Source of the DNA: Patellaria atrata CBS 101060 | Lineage: Eukaryota | Direction: 5' to 3' | Length of the DNA stretch: 38,091 bases | NCBI GenBank assembly: GCA_010093705.1 | Contig: MU006109.1 | Location: forward strand, 226,354 to 264,444 | Shown: positions 22,480 through 35,222 of the stretch, in pieces | Layout of the letters: every line of letters begins with the position of its first letter | Numbering within the stretch: position 1 is the stretch's first letter | The notes under the pieces: model-generated | What the model was told of the DNA's origin: nothing | Seen by the model: the letters and a program-made list of their open reading frames with translations, nothing else | The model's database searches: none | Made by a program: the position numbers and the translations under genes

Positions 22480-23300
22480 GAAAACTAGTTACTGGAACAC
22501 TTCAAGGAAGGATTTATACGCTCCAAAGGTCTTATTAGGTGACTATCTACTTGATTGATTTTCGGTATAGAAGAGGATATATAGGAGGACTAGGGGGGGG
22601 ATTTAGGACATCTCCTTGCTCTACCACTAAGACTGAACCGAATAAATACTCATCTTTTATATTATCCCGACGTTTTAGCCCTACCCTATCGGTATCTCCT
22701 AACGGGTGTAAGCTAATAGTATTCCTAATATATATACTAGATATACGGAAACTAAAGGGAGATAGGCTTAAGAGAATAAAGATAATCGTAGGAATAAATT
22801 AACCTTAGATATATACTAGATATGATACTGTAACTACCCAAACTAGGTATAGCGAGAGACGCACTTCAAATTTCGAGAACGCTATTAGGGTAGAGAGTGG
22901 AGTCGGAAATAATCTGAAGACTGAGTGTACAGTAAGCCTATAAGCTTTGGGGAGGGGGTTTGGGAGGGGGAGTGGTATTCTTATAACCGGACATATCTTA
23001 ACTCTACTATACAAAGCTCTAAATCCTCGGAAAGGGGTCAAAGGTGGGTGATGGGTATAAGTACGAGCACAATGGCGAGTATCGTCGATAGGGAAAATTT
23101 GTGTGAGGAAATACAATACAAACCCCTAAGCATCACTAACATGAGGGAGTGAACGAAGTATTGATAGTATGTGGTAACCTAAGTACCTTGTAAATGAAAT
23201 CTGTATTACAGTATTATACCGTACACCCGGTCTTATCAAACTCCACATATAAGTAAATCGTAACTCATACCTCATTAAAGCTCCCTGAGTGCCAACGCCC
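22480..23300. mobile_element. AT-rich, TpA-rich tract resembling a RIP-mutated repeat relic
   Basis: By eye, strong excess of TA dinucleotides with few CA/TG (for example ctaatatatatactagatatacgg and ttagatatatactagata), and no credible ORF. No TE protein motif recognised. Boundaries approximate. Confidence 0.4.
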
Positions 23301-23378
23301 AATTTTCCAAGCTCAGTAATACCATTATCCCCAACTTGTGCATGTACAGTTCCATATTCGTCTAAACATAGGCCAATG

Positions 23379-24670
23379 CTATCTCGCAGAAGGAGCACCA
23401 GCCGCAGGAGCCCCGGTACCCACAAACGACGTCGTACTCTTTTGATACTCTGCACTCTTCTCCCTCCTTTTCGCCAACAAACTCTTCAGTGCGCCCAACC
23501 ACTTCGCCAGTGCATCTTCATCCGGAGCACAAAACCTATAGTTCCTCTCCTCCGAAATAATTTGCATGCAATGTCTTTTGCTTTTGCTAATCGGATCAAT
23601 CTCCACCGCATTGATGATATTTTCGAACGGAAGGATGAGATGTGCGCGGTACTCATCCTCATTTTTATAAAAGGCCAGAGTCTTTGGTCGTAAGACTACC
23701 CAGAGTTTCTTCCATTGCCGCACTCCAGATTTTGTTTTGAGGATGTAGAGCCACCCGTGGTAGATCACGCGTTCGGTGTCGAGAGCTGCGGTAGAAGGGT
23801 TCCCGATACCGCTGATTTGACTGTTGTTCTGCTGGGCGGTGGGACGGTGTATGCTGTACATAACTTCTGCCGCACGGGTTGCTTCTGTATTTGGGGATTG
23901 AGAAAGAGAGACATTAGAATCACGGAAGGCGTGGGTGTCAGAGAAGTCAGACATGGAGCCCTGGTCATTGCCTGAGTATTGGAGTGTGTGAGATGGTCTA
24001 CGCGCACTGTGGAGGTGTTCTGCTACAGAACTCGTGGGCCGACGTTCGTTTTCTGATGCGCTGGAAATGATGAGGTCATGTTTTTCTGTTTGTGAAGATT
24101 TTGGTGGTTTATTTTCGGCTCCGTTTGGTGATGTAAAGAGTACGTCCTCCTCTTCTTCGTCTATACGAGCGTGGTGACGTATTAGATCTACCCAATCTTG
24201 TGCTTCTTTTTCCGAGAATGCGTCGAGATGGTAGTTACGAGAGGGAGAAAAGAGAGCAAAGACATGTTTTGCCTTCTTCTTAGGGTCTTTTTGCCGGGCG
24301 ATAGCGGTGAGATCTGAGAGGTTGATTTGATGGCGAAGATTGCCCTCATCTTTCTTTCGGTATATGGAGAGGATATTCGGTCGAAGAACGAGGTGGACTT
24401 CTTTCCAGGCCTGTATTCATATTAACCTCTGTATAATGGGTATTGGACCTAGATTCAATCTACCTTCGTCTTTCTCGTCCGTTTTAACACCTGTCCTTCC
24501 TTAATGATCCTGTCAAAGTCAAAGCAGCCATCTTCGTTGACGGGTGACATGACAGCATTTCTCTCGGTTGGATTTTGATTATCGCCTCGGAGGGGTGTGA
24601 GTTTTAAGCCCCTAGGTAATTCTGTAGGTTTGGAAGCCGAAGGCGGACTTTGTACGGCTGTTTCAGTCAT
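23379..24670 (-). CDS. Tandem PH-domain protein (Opy1-like), 412 aa
   Basis: Exons 24670-24464 and 24410-23379. PH1: IIKEGQVLKRTRKTKAWKEVHLVLRPNILSIYR...SRNYHLDAFSEKEAQDWVDLIR. PH2: HGWLYILKTKSGVRQWKKLWVVLRPKTLAFYK...RNYRFCAPDEDALAKWLGALK. Confidence 0.88.
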
Positions 24671-25392
24671 GACGGCGGTTGCTCCAGTGCTCTGTAGAGT
24701 TGAGTGTCAGTTCCTGAAATCTCGACTGTGTTCGTTTTCATATGCTTCGGTTGCAATTTTCATATGTCTGAGAGGAAAGTTACTGAGATTTGCAAAGAAC
24801 CAGGTCCAAAAGAGTAGAATAAGGAGAAGGTGGAGATATGGCAGTTTCTGTTCTATCCTATAGTAGAGGGTGGAATTTCGACGTGTCGAGTGCTCCGCCT
24901 CGTGGGATTCGATCATAGTTAACTGTGATCCTTCGGTCAGATGAGTACAAACGTTTGTACTCTAGAGATTAGGCCATCTCGAGACGGTAGATGTGATAGT
25001 CTTGTGATAGGTCTGTATGAACTCTTGTGTGTTTCAAAAGAAGCTCTTTCGAACCTGAAACCATTCAGCAAGCGGCAATGTCAAACTCCTTGGCCCAGGG
25101 TTTGATCGACTCGAGTTAGATGCGAATTTGATTGACAAAAAATGGATTCGATGGATTTTCCCCCAAGATCTATCTGAAGATCTGTATATAGTACTATCTA
25201 GGTACTATACAAGAGGTACCTTAGGTAATCTGTAAAACTTCGGGGTTTGTGACCCTTTTGAACCCCACCAGCGGACCCCGCGGGCCAAATTTTTGTTCCC
25301 TTGACTGACGTCTGCATACAGTACATCTTTTGTACAGTAAAGTACAAAGATACCTACTTCATCAATTACCTTTCTAAAACAAAATAGTAAAG

Positions 25393-28300
25393 ATGCCTGT
25401 GGTTAACCCAGATAAACTAATCACCCTTCAACAGGCCTCTCAAGACGTGAGGAACATCTGTATCCTTGCCCACGTTGTTAGTTTTCATCTATCACTGCCA
25501 TCATAATGTAGTTCTACACTTTGAACCGACTCTTCTAATATCGTATAGGACCATGGCAAAACTTCACTCACTGACGCTCTTATTGCGACCAACGGCATCA
25601 TATCTCCTAAACTCGCAGGTAAGATCCGTTACCTCGACTCGCGGCCTGATGAACAACTTCGGGGTATCACTATGGAGTCATCCGCCATATCACTATATTT
25701 CTCCCTATCACGACGGAATGCCCCAGAAGCAAAACCGGAACAGAAAAAATACCTTATAAACCTGATAGACTCCCCCGGACACATTGATTTCAGTAGTGAA
25801 GTATCTACCGCATCTCGACTATGTGACGGAGCAGTAGTCCTAGTCGATGCTGTTGAAGGAGTATGCAGTCAAACCGTAACTGTCCTTCGACAGACATGGA
25901 TCGAGAAGCTGAAACCCTTGCTCGTAATAAATAAAATGGATAGACTGGTCACCGAACTTAAGATGAGCCCAGGCGAAGCATATACACATTTGAGCAAACT
26001 ATTAGAACAGGTAAACGCTGTCATGGGCAGTTTCTTCCAAGGAGACAGGATGGAGGATGATCTGAGATGGCGAGAAAGAGTAGAAGAGAAAGTGAATGCA
26101 AAAGCTCAGCGACAAGAAAATGCTGCCAACAGTAATGATGTGGAGAGTTTGGTTTCCGGTACCACCGGAGAGTACGAGGAAAAAGACGACGAAGATATAT
26201 ATTTCGCTCCGGAAAAGAATAACGTCATTTTCAGTAGCGCAATAGACGGATGGGCCTTCACTGTCAAGCAATTCGCAGGTTTGTACGAGAAGAAGCTCGG
26301 TATAAAACGAACAGTTCTTGAGAAAGTTCTTTGGGGAGATTTCTATCTCGATCCTAAGGCCAAGCGCGTCTTGGGTTCAAAGGCACTCAAAGGAAGAAAC
26401 CTAAAACCTATGTTCGTACAACTCGTTCTCGAGAATATATGGGCCGTATATGAAGCTACGACAGGGAGTAGTAGCGGGAAGGGGTGCGTGGACTTTCCTA
26501 AATCTTTCCAGTTTTGCTACGCATTTGTATATATACCAAATCCCAAACAAATACTCATATTTTCATATCTATAGTGACCAGACAATGGTTGAGAAAATCA
26601 TCAAATCGCTCTCCCTAAACGTTCCAGCGCACGTTCTCCGTTCCCGAGATCCTCGCGTCCTACTTACTACTGTATTTGCATCATGGCTACCTCTATCTAC
26701 AGCGCTCTTGGTCTCTGTGATCGAACATCTCCCTTCACCACCCGCAGCGCAAGCAGCACGGATGGGGGGTCTCCTTGACTCTTCCCCTGGGGCAGCCCAC
26801 ATCGACCCAAAGGTTCGAGACGCCGTGACTACTTTCAAGACTAGTAAAAATGACCCGATAGTCGCCTACGTCAGCAAAATGGTCGCCATACCCGAAAGCG
26901 AACTCCCACAAAACAAGCGCAGAGGCGGCAATCTCTCCGCCGAAGAAGCCCGCGAATTAGCTCGCAAGAAGAGAGCGGAAATAGCAAAAGCACAAGCAAA
27001 CACGAACAGCGACAGTAACGGCTTTGGAGCCCTCACTGACTCTTTCAACACGGCTGCAATCGGCGAAGACGAGGCGGACGGAGAACTCCTACAGAAAGAT
27101 GACCCCGAACATCTCATTGGCTTCGCGCGTCTCTACTCCGGCACCCTTTCCGTCGGTGACTCAATCTACGTCCTCCCCCCTAAATTCACACCGGCGCACC
27201 CTCATGCAAAACCTGTCCCGCAAAAGGTAACAGTTACGGCACTGTACCTGCTCATGGGCCGCAGTCTCGAACCTCTGACCTCAGTCCCTGCAGGGTGCGT
27301 CTTTGGGATTGCAGGGCTAAAAGGTCGCATCCTGAAGAGCGGGACTCTGTGCTCTCAGCTCGAAGGAGCCGTCAACCTCGCCGGAATCAGGACGGGTAGC
27401 AAGCCCATCGTGCGCGTAGCGTTGGAACCGGCGAATCCCGCGGATCTGGACAAGATGGTCGACGGGCTCAAGATGTTGGAGCAAAGCGATCCGTGTGCAG
27501 AGTACGAGGTGTTAGAGAGCGGGGAGCATGTCATTTTGACGGCCGGGGAGTTGCACTTGGAAAGGTGTTTGAAGGATCTCAGAGAGAGGTTGGCTAAGTG
27601 CGAGATTCAGCAGGGCGAGCCAATTGTGCCGTACAGAGAGACCATTGTGGCTGCCCCGGAGATGAATCCGCCGAGGGATCCAAATTTACCGAGAGGAACG
27701 GTTGTTGGGGTTACGACGAGTAAGCAGGTCACGGTGAGGTTGAGGGTTAGACCACTACCAGCGGCTGTCACAGAGTTCCTAGACAAGAATTCGAGCATTA
27801 TCAAGAGATTTTACTCTGAGCGGAAAGCTCGGGAGCAGAGACATATGGCACAGGATGAGGAGGACGATTCGAGCGAAGAAGAAACAGACGACGAAGCGAT
27901 CAAGGAGGAGGATCTCGATGTCATAGACACCGGTGCCTCGATGACCCTTCAAGAATTTAAAGACAAGCTCCGCGATGCTTTTGCAGAAGCAAAAGGCGAA
28001 AGAGATGTGTGGACCGGGGTCGTTGACAAAATCGCAGCCTTCGGTCCGAGAAGAGTCGGGCCGAACATTCTCATCGACATGACCAAAGACGGGATATGCG
28101 GCCGAGCGTAAGTCTCAAAATGCCTCTTTATCCCCCCTTAATCTCTAATCCCCCCATCCCACACTCTGTACTTACACCATTCCCAGCCTCCAGGAATGGG
28201 TCCCCTCCTCCACAACCCCCTCAACGCAACCCTCAACCCCCCACTCCCTCTCCGACAAAATAGCCTACGCCTTTCAACTCTCCACGCACCAAGGTCCCCT

Positions 28301-28880
28301 CTGCCACGAACCAATTCAAGGCATCGCCGTCCTCCTCGAAGACGTAACCATCACGTCCTCCTCGACCGACGCCCTCCCCGCAGGCCGTCTAACCGGCGAA
28401 GTGATAAAAACAGTCCGCGACAGCATCCGCCTCGGCTTCCTCGACTGGAGCCCCCGCATCCTGCTGGCCATATATACCGTCGAGATCCAAGCGTCCGCCG
28501 AAGTGCTGGGACGGGTCTACACCACGCTGAGCAAACGCCGGGGCCGGATCGTCTCCGAGACGCTACCAGAGGGGTCACATCTCTTTCTCGTGTCCGCGCT
28601 GCTGCCTATCTCCGAGTCGTTTGGCTTCAGCGATGACATCCGGAAGCGCACGTCAGGGGCTGCGAGCCCGCAGCTCATCTTTGCTGGGTTCGAGATGCTG
28701 GATGAGGATCCCTTCTGGATTCCTAGCACGGAGGAGGAGATTGAGGATCTGGGCGAGAAGGGGGATAGGGAGAATGTGGCGAAGAGGTATGTGGATCGCG
28801 TTAGGGTGAGGAAGGGGCTTGTGGTGCAGGGGCGGAAGTTGGTGGAGAATGCGGAGAAGCAGAAGACGTTGAAGAGGTAG
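25393..28880 (+). CDS. RIA1: Elongation factor-like GTPase 1 (60S maturation, Tif6 release), about 1081 aa
   Basis: Exons 25393-25476, 25549-26483, 26575-28107, 28187-28880. G1 NICILAHVDHGKTSLTD, RGITMESS, G3 DSPGHIDF, G4 NKMD, AGELHLERCLKDL, and the EFL1-specific C-terminus DIRKRTSGAASPQL...EKQKTLKR. Confidence 0.96.
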
Positions 28881-29345
28881 CGGGTGTTGGAGTGTAGTTT
28901 AGGAAAAGATTAAATTCTGTAGTACTGGATCCCGTTGTATGTGAAACATTGATTGAGGGTATGGGGTATATCTCCCATTCCTGGGCCTATGTCCGCTGCT
29001 TGAACTGTCATTGGCGAACTGTTGATCCTACAGTGACTACTCGTCTCCATCACTTGTAAATCGTGTCCCAAATTCAATTCGAACCTCCCCATACATTCCC
29101 AACTCACTTGTACAGTAAAGTCAGCCACTTTGGAGAGCCGATGTACAGCACTTGCATCAACATCCATAAGTCATTCGTACGAACGGGAACTCCCCGCACA
29201 TTCGGTTCTATCCGTACAGCAAAGCAGTAGATAACATAACAAAGTAGTGTACAGTAGCCTAAGAATGCTCTAGTAGGTGAAACGATACAAACAACACTCA
29301 CTAAACGTGACCCCTAACCTAAACCTTGTACCAATCACCGCGACC

Positions 29346-32300
29346 CTACGATTCCTTACCCCTTACCTTCTTCCACTCTCCAACCAAACTTCTCCAAACA
29401 GCCGCCTCGCTACTGCCCAAGCTCGAATGAACAGTCCTCCTAACATCCGCACCCACACAGTCCAGACAGGCCCAGAATCCCGGCTTCAAAGCTTCTCTCA
29501 CCGCATTGTTGATGTTTGCGGTCAATGTGAGCGCACAGGACTTTATGAGCAGGTACTGGATGAATGTGCCTACGTACGCCCTGACCTTGCGCGTTTCATC
29601 TGTCAAGGATTCTTTTTTACTATGGTGTCCGCGCGTTGCAGATGAGACGCTGGGCTCACAGAGGATGGTCAGTATCCTTGCGTACGCTTTCGCGTCTTCG
29701 GCTGTGAGTTGTGTGGTGCTGTTAGTGAGCCAGGAGGGCTGAGGGATAGTCTCGGGGGTGAAGAGACAAGAGAGAAGGGTCTCTAGGGGCGGGAGAAGGA
29801 GATGGGAGCGGGAGTTGAGCCGGTAGCGATGGAGAGAGATAATGGTCTGGAATAAGGTACAAAGGTGGGTAAATATGGAGCTGGACTGTGAGTTGAGGAG
29901 CTTGGGAGACTTTGGAGAGGCGATAAAAGTTATAGCTGAGAGGAGAGTGTCGTAGTCGAACTGGGAGAGCATCCGAGGCTTTACAAGTGTTAGCTGGATA
30001 ATTGAGATTATGATGGTGGAGACAAACCTTTTCTTCCAGCATCATGATGATGGTATCGAGAAGGAGATGGAGGGATCGAGCTTCGGTGATATTGAAGATT
30101 TGCGCGATCAGCGAACTCGACACTAAGGTAGAATTCGGAAGAGTTACTGGCGCATCTATAGTATATTAGAGATCGTTCCACGGGTTCTCAATTTCTCTTA
30201 CCATCTAACGTTTTCACGCAGCAATCAAGCAGACACAAACCACTAGGGTCGACCACCTTTGCATTTTGATTTGGCAACAATGCTGAGATAACTGATAACT
30301 TCTCCTTTTCTTCGAGAGGCTCTATCACAGCTTCAAAAACGTCTAGGACTTTAAAGAAACTTCTCGCACTCAGATCTATTCGGTTAGAAACCAGGAAAGA
30401 AAACCAGATGTTGAATACATACCTTGCTCAATACGGTCGAGTAATGCTTTTGCATCGATGATTAATGACTCCATATCCAAAGTCTTCGACACAAACTCGA
30501 ACATAAAAGTGTCCAGGTTTTCCATCTCGGCAAATCTATGAGCAACCTCTTTGAAAATCGGTGCGTCCCTCCATTTCTGATAAGCACTGATGAGCGCTCG
30601 CTGTATATGAGAAGCTGAGGGATATTAGCTCTGGCTAAGTTCGAGGGTTGGGATACCCGGCTTACATTGATCGTCGGACATTACCGAGCGAACCTTCGTT
30701 GCAAGGTCTGATAGAATCAGCAACCACTGGCCTACTCCAGGGCTTGAATTTGCCAGTTTTCTTGTGATTCCTATTTGTATCTCACGCTCAAAAATGCTTG
30801 CAAACGAGTCTTCAAATTTAGAGAAACCATTAATGGAGGTTTCTGAGCCTTTGATTACTAGCAGCGCAGTTGATGCTATAGCCAGTAGGGGAAGACTGTT
30901 GGCAGAATGTTCCCTGAATTCGGAGGATTTATCAAGTGATGAGATTAGTTCCTCCAGAAAATTCCTACTGCGGATCTGGTCACTGGTAGCTACCACATGT
31001 CTACAGCATGTTAGTGTTCTCTCTCACTAGCTAAAAGATATCACACGTACTCAAGTAGTAATCGACCGAATTCGACTGCTAGTTCGAACATGTGAGGACT
31101 GCAAACTTCATCTTCGAAGCATAGAGCCTTGAAAAATCGGATGAGGAATTTAGGATCAAGACACTTGTTCTTATTAGCACAGACATAGAGGTGAGAGGGA
31201 GATGGAGCATACAATGCTTGCTGTCGCATTTGGTACCTCCATTAGACGGATCAGAAGGGCGAGGCGATACTCATATACGGGTTTAATGACATAATCAGGG
31301 CTCAACATATGGACTGTGAGCGTGTTTATGATTGCTTCCCGGTCTTTTCGTTGTATTACCTCGAGCGGCACGTCAAGCACCGTCTTTTCAGCTCCCGAGA
31401 GGAAGAGCTCATAGACGCTTTTAGTATCTCCATCCTTCATGGGAGTGATGATCGGTGCGTAGATGATGTACAGAAGATCATCTACGCTACGTTAGCAATC
31501 GTCCGATCTTCTCTATATCACTACTTACCTATTACAGAGGACATGGTGGACATGGAAGACTTGAACACAGATTCACAAATATCTTTAAAGACCGTAGAAT
31601 ACGTTCTCTCGATTAATCCCTGAGCCGGAACATACTGATCGGTGACAGTCCATATAGCCCGTATGTACATGAATCGAAAGAAGGACAACCTCTTTTGCCG
31701 CGGGATCACACTACATGGGGTTAGCTATGTTAATGCTCTCTTGGACGAAGCCTTATTACCTAAGGAGAACTATCCATCGGTTGAGAACCCACGCAATGTC
31801 TAAACCAAGTATTTCCTGTTTAACCGAATCCACAGTGCGATGCTCCGGAGGAGGCATTACAGTAGGCTCTAGAACGTCTGGAAACATTGATAGACAGTCG
31901 TTGATAATCTCCCCTATACTAGAAGCTTCATCAGACGACGCCGTCGGCAGGATGTTATTCATTTTTGTGGCTATATAGTTGAACGCCTCGATACATCTAT
32001 TGTGCACTAGATAAGATAAATCTTTGTTCGGCGTTTCCTTGACACAATTCCGAGCAAGACGGATCAATTTAGACTTGATGGTCGTCGTTGCATGGTCTGC
32101 ACTGAACTCTCTCCATGTGTATATATGAGACTCAAGATAAGCAAGGCTCGTCCAAGTTCGAGTGGCAGCGATAGTCTTTCGACCCAGTTTGGCGAGTACA
32201 AATCGTTCCAGGCTCTCTTGTAGGATAGACAAACGAGCACTTAATTGCTCTGTCGTATCATCATCGGGTAAGGAAACTATGAGAGCATTCAGTAGGACGG

Positions 32301-34398
32301 TGCTCGCTAAAGCGTCTTTGATAAGTGCGCCATTTTCGTCGTCAGAATTGCTCTTGGATTTGTGTTCCAAAATATATTTGTCAATATACTCCTGGAATTT
32401 GGCAAGAAGTTTATCGATCTGTGTTATCGTGAGAGATGATCTTATTAGCTTACTGAGAGGAAGAATCAATTCCTCAACTTCCCATATGAGCCCACCTGAG
32501 GCCGCTCCGCTCGATGATGACCAATGTTTCGAAAGTTCCTCGAAGCACTTGAAGAGAAAGCCGACCAGGTTGCGTGATCGAGCAAAGGCCTCCATCATGG
32601 GTATAGCCAAGCGGTTCATCGGCACTTTGTGGTTTGCTACAGCGTTCTTATGATCCTGGCATAGCGAAACGGGTTGAAGGATGTCAAAAGTCACAAACTT
32701 CCGAGTGAGGTCTCCTGATGAGGAGCCAGTTGGAAAAGGAAGGGAAGATAATTTTTCGAATATGACATCGCTGTAACGAGTCCATGAAAGAGATTTCCCC
32801 ACCTCCTTCAGCTGATTCTCTATTGGTAGAAGAATGGCATCTGCGTCTAGCTCTAAGATTTTCCCGACAAGTACCGATTCGGAGTAATATTCGAGATCTA
32901 TGTTACTACAGTGCACCTGTAACATCTTTTGCAATACGGCTATTTCAAGAGAAGCTTCTCTCCGTCCTAAGGTCTCTAACATTAATTCAAGAGCAGAGAT
33001 TTTGATATCGCGATCAAGACCAAGTGAATCGTCGGGTATTGCAGTATCTTGTCCAGATGTGAGTAGGTCTGCGCATTCACAAAGTTCGTTGAAGATTAAT
33101 GCTACCCAGGGAGCTTCTTTTAGCTTCCTGTTTGGTGTGGATCGGTGAGACCGTTGAATCCCTATATCTAGGAGCGCTGGTAAAGAATGCACGAGATGTA
33201 AAAGGGAGTCTTGAACCATTGGAGTACCCTTCCGAGTCGATGAAAATATTGAGATCTCTCTCCGAATATGCTGCAATAATGACGCTAAATCTGTACGTTC
33301 GGCCTCTGTACGGGTAGTTGGCGTAGACGATAATCTACCTTGAACCGTTGCGAAATACGAGCTTCTGGCAGGAATAAATAAATGACGTGCAAAGAGTTGT
33401 CTAAGCAGTTTGACATTTGTACGTAGTACATCTTTGAAACTAGTATCTTCTGTAACACTTTCAGTCAATGAAGAGACTGGAAATAATTTGGAACCTGGTA
33501 GGGTACAATAGAGTGAGAATAATTCTGGAGTATCGTCTATGCCACCGCTGCTTGGCAGGATACGTAAATCCCAAACACATAACATAGGTAGAAGCGAAGG
33601 AAATCGAGGATAACTCTTTTTTTTTAATTTATTCACTTCAGAGTCGCCCTGTACTATGATCAAAGCTTCCATCCATTGTCCAAGAAGCTTTGCTGCATGT
33701 TCTTTGCTAGTCCGAATAGCAGCTTTCATGTGCTCAGAGTAGATGCTTTCCTGATTCTCATCTTCAGACTTCGTAAGGTTACCCACACACTCTATGACAT
33801 TTGACACACAGAAAAGTAGATCAATTCGTTCCTCATTGGTAATGATATGAACGTCTTGGGTAGTTCCTGAAGAACTACCATCTCGTCTCCGTTTTTTCGA
33901 TTGTTTTACGTGTCCTGCGTTAGGAATATCCTCCATCTTGGAGACAAGGGCTGTATTTGGGGAGAAATTCTCCTCCAAACATCTCTCGACTATTGATAGA
34001 AAACCGTGCTCATTGAGAAGGGTCGCAGTGCTAATATCCCGAATAAGGTCTATGATCTGAGCCAAAAGTAACCAAGCACTTGTGCTTTTGCGTACTGCCC
34101 GGCCAGCCCCTTCTGATTTCAATTTTTCCAGTAACCAACGGAATACCCATTTCGCTCGTGCATGAGAGTTTATACCTGCAGGTGGAGCAACGGACGAGAA
34201 GAATTCTGGATTAAGTTTCACTTGGGAGAGCCCAGAGATTATAGTAGCTTGTTCGATCTGATCGTCGATAGGATTGAAATCTTTTTCGAGCGAAAGTAAT
34301 CTACGCAACGACGTGCCAGAGAAATCCTAAGAGAGGGTCAGTTTTAGTCAATGCGTTCAGTCTCAGATAAAAAGTTCTACCTGCTGATCTGGAGCCAT
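29346..34398 (-). CDS. URB2: Nucleolar pre-ribosomal protein Urb2/Npa2, about 10 exons
   Basis: Exon 1 is 34398-34381 (MAPDQQ), exon 2 is 34326-31760, then short GT-AG introns near 31759, 31528, 31212, 31050, 30666, 30422, 30201 and 30027, with last exon 29978-29346. The C-terminal Urb2 domain reads AKAYARILTILCEP...SLTDETRKVRAYVG...VREALKPGFWACLD...VWRSLVGEWKK. Internal coordinates are approximate. Confidence 0.88.
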
Positions 34399-34672
34399 CT
34401 TCGGCGTCAAAGCGGTTCAGATGGCCCTATTATTAAGGAGCTGAGAGTGCTGAGGTAGCTGTCTGATGGGTTGACGTACCTTCGTACTATAAAGAAAAAA
34501 AAGTTGAGCTCTCCCGTCGGAGCGCGTCTGCCAAGCCCGCATCCAAACCTGTCAACCGAGCCCTCCTCCGGTAACTTCAACATCGCAGCTTGCGATAACA
34601 ACCACCGATCACACATCCCGAACCATTGATCCTCAACCGGTCCATCTAACAGATCACCGACGCGTCATCACG

Positions 34673-35222
34673 ATGGCGGATACAACAGAGACACCTAAGC
34701 CGGCACCGGTACTACGAAGTCGACCTTTAAGCGAATCCCTACTTAATGAAAAGGTATGATCTCTTCTTCAGCAATGAAAAGCTATCACGGGCTAGATACG
34801 AGCTTGTCTTAGGTTACAATCACAATTTGGGCATAAATATCATTTGTTACTGGATTGCTCGCTGCAACCCCTCTGCAATTCCTCAGCTCCACTGAAGATG
34901 CGCGTTTAGCTTTACGAACACCTGCTAACAGATACCACCTAGTGGGACGCATGTCTAGCCTCAATGGCAACCAGATCCGCTCTCGGCCTGTCTTTCGGTG
35001 TCGTGTTCTCCGTACTCCTTTTTAAACGACGGGCATGGCCGGCTTGGGTTGGGTTGGGCTTCGGAGCGGGAAGAGCATGGGAAGAGTGTGATAATGTGAG
35101 TGGAGGACGCATACAGTCTTGAAGTGCATGTAGCTGGCTTGATTCTAACTGACTATGTCTCTTAGTCATTCAAACGCGCGTCAGCACCGAACCGGGACGG
35201 CTTAAGAGTTCTAAGGCCGTGA
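34673..35222 (+). CDS. MIC10: MICOS complex subunit Mic10 (Mos1/DUF543), 96 aa; missed by the ORF track because of introns
   Basis: Exons 34673-34753, 34943-35095, 35166-35222. Spliced protein contains RPLSESLLNEKWDACLASMATRSALGLSFGVVFSVLLFKRRAWPAWVGLGFGAGRAWEECDNSF, with two glycine-motif TM helices and the KRR loop. Confidence 0.95.

Noticed and set aside
29311..29326. CCCTAACCTAAACC telomere-like sequence
   Set aside because: Only one perfect CCCTAA unit, within a C/A-rich 3' region.
34754..34942. Longer-than-usual MIC10 intron 1 (189 nt) as a snoRNA host
   Set aside because: A CTGA is present, but there is no convincing RTGATGA C box or H/ACA hairpin pair.
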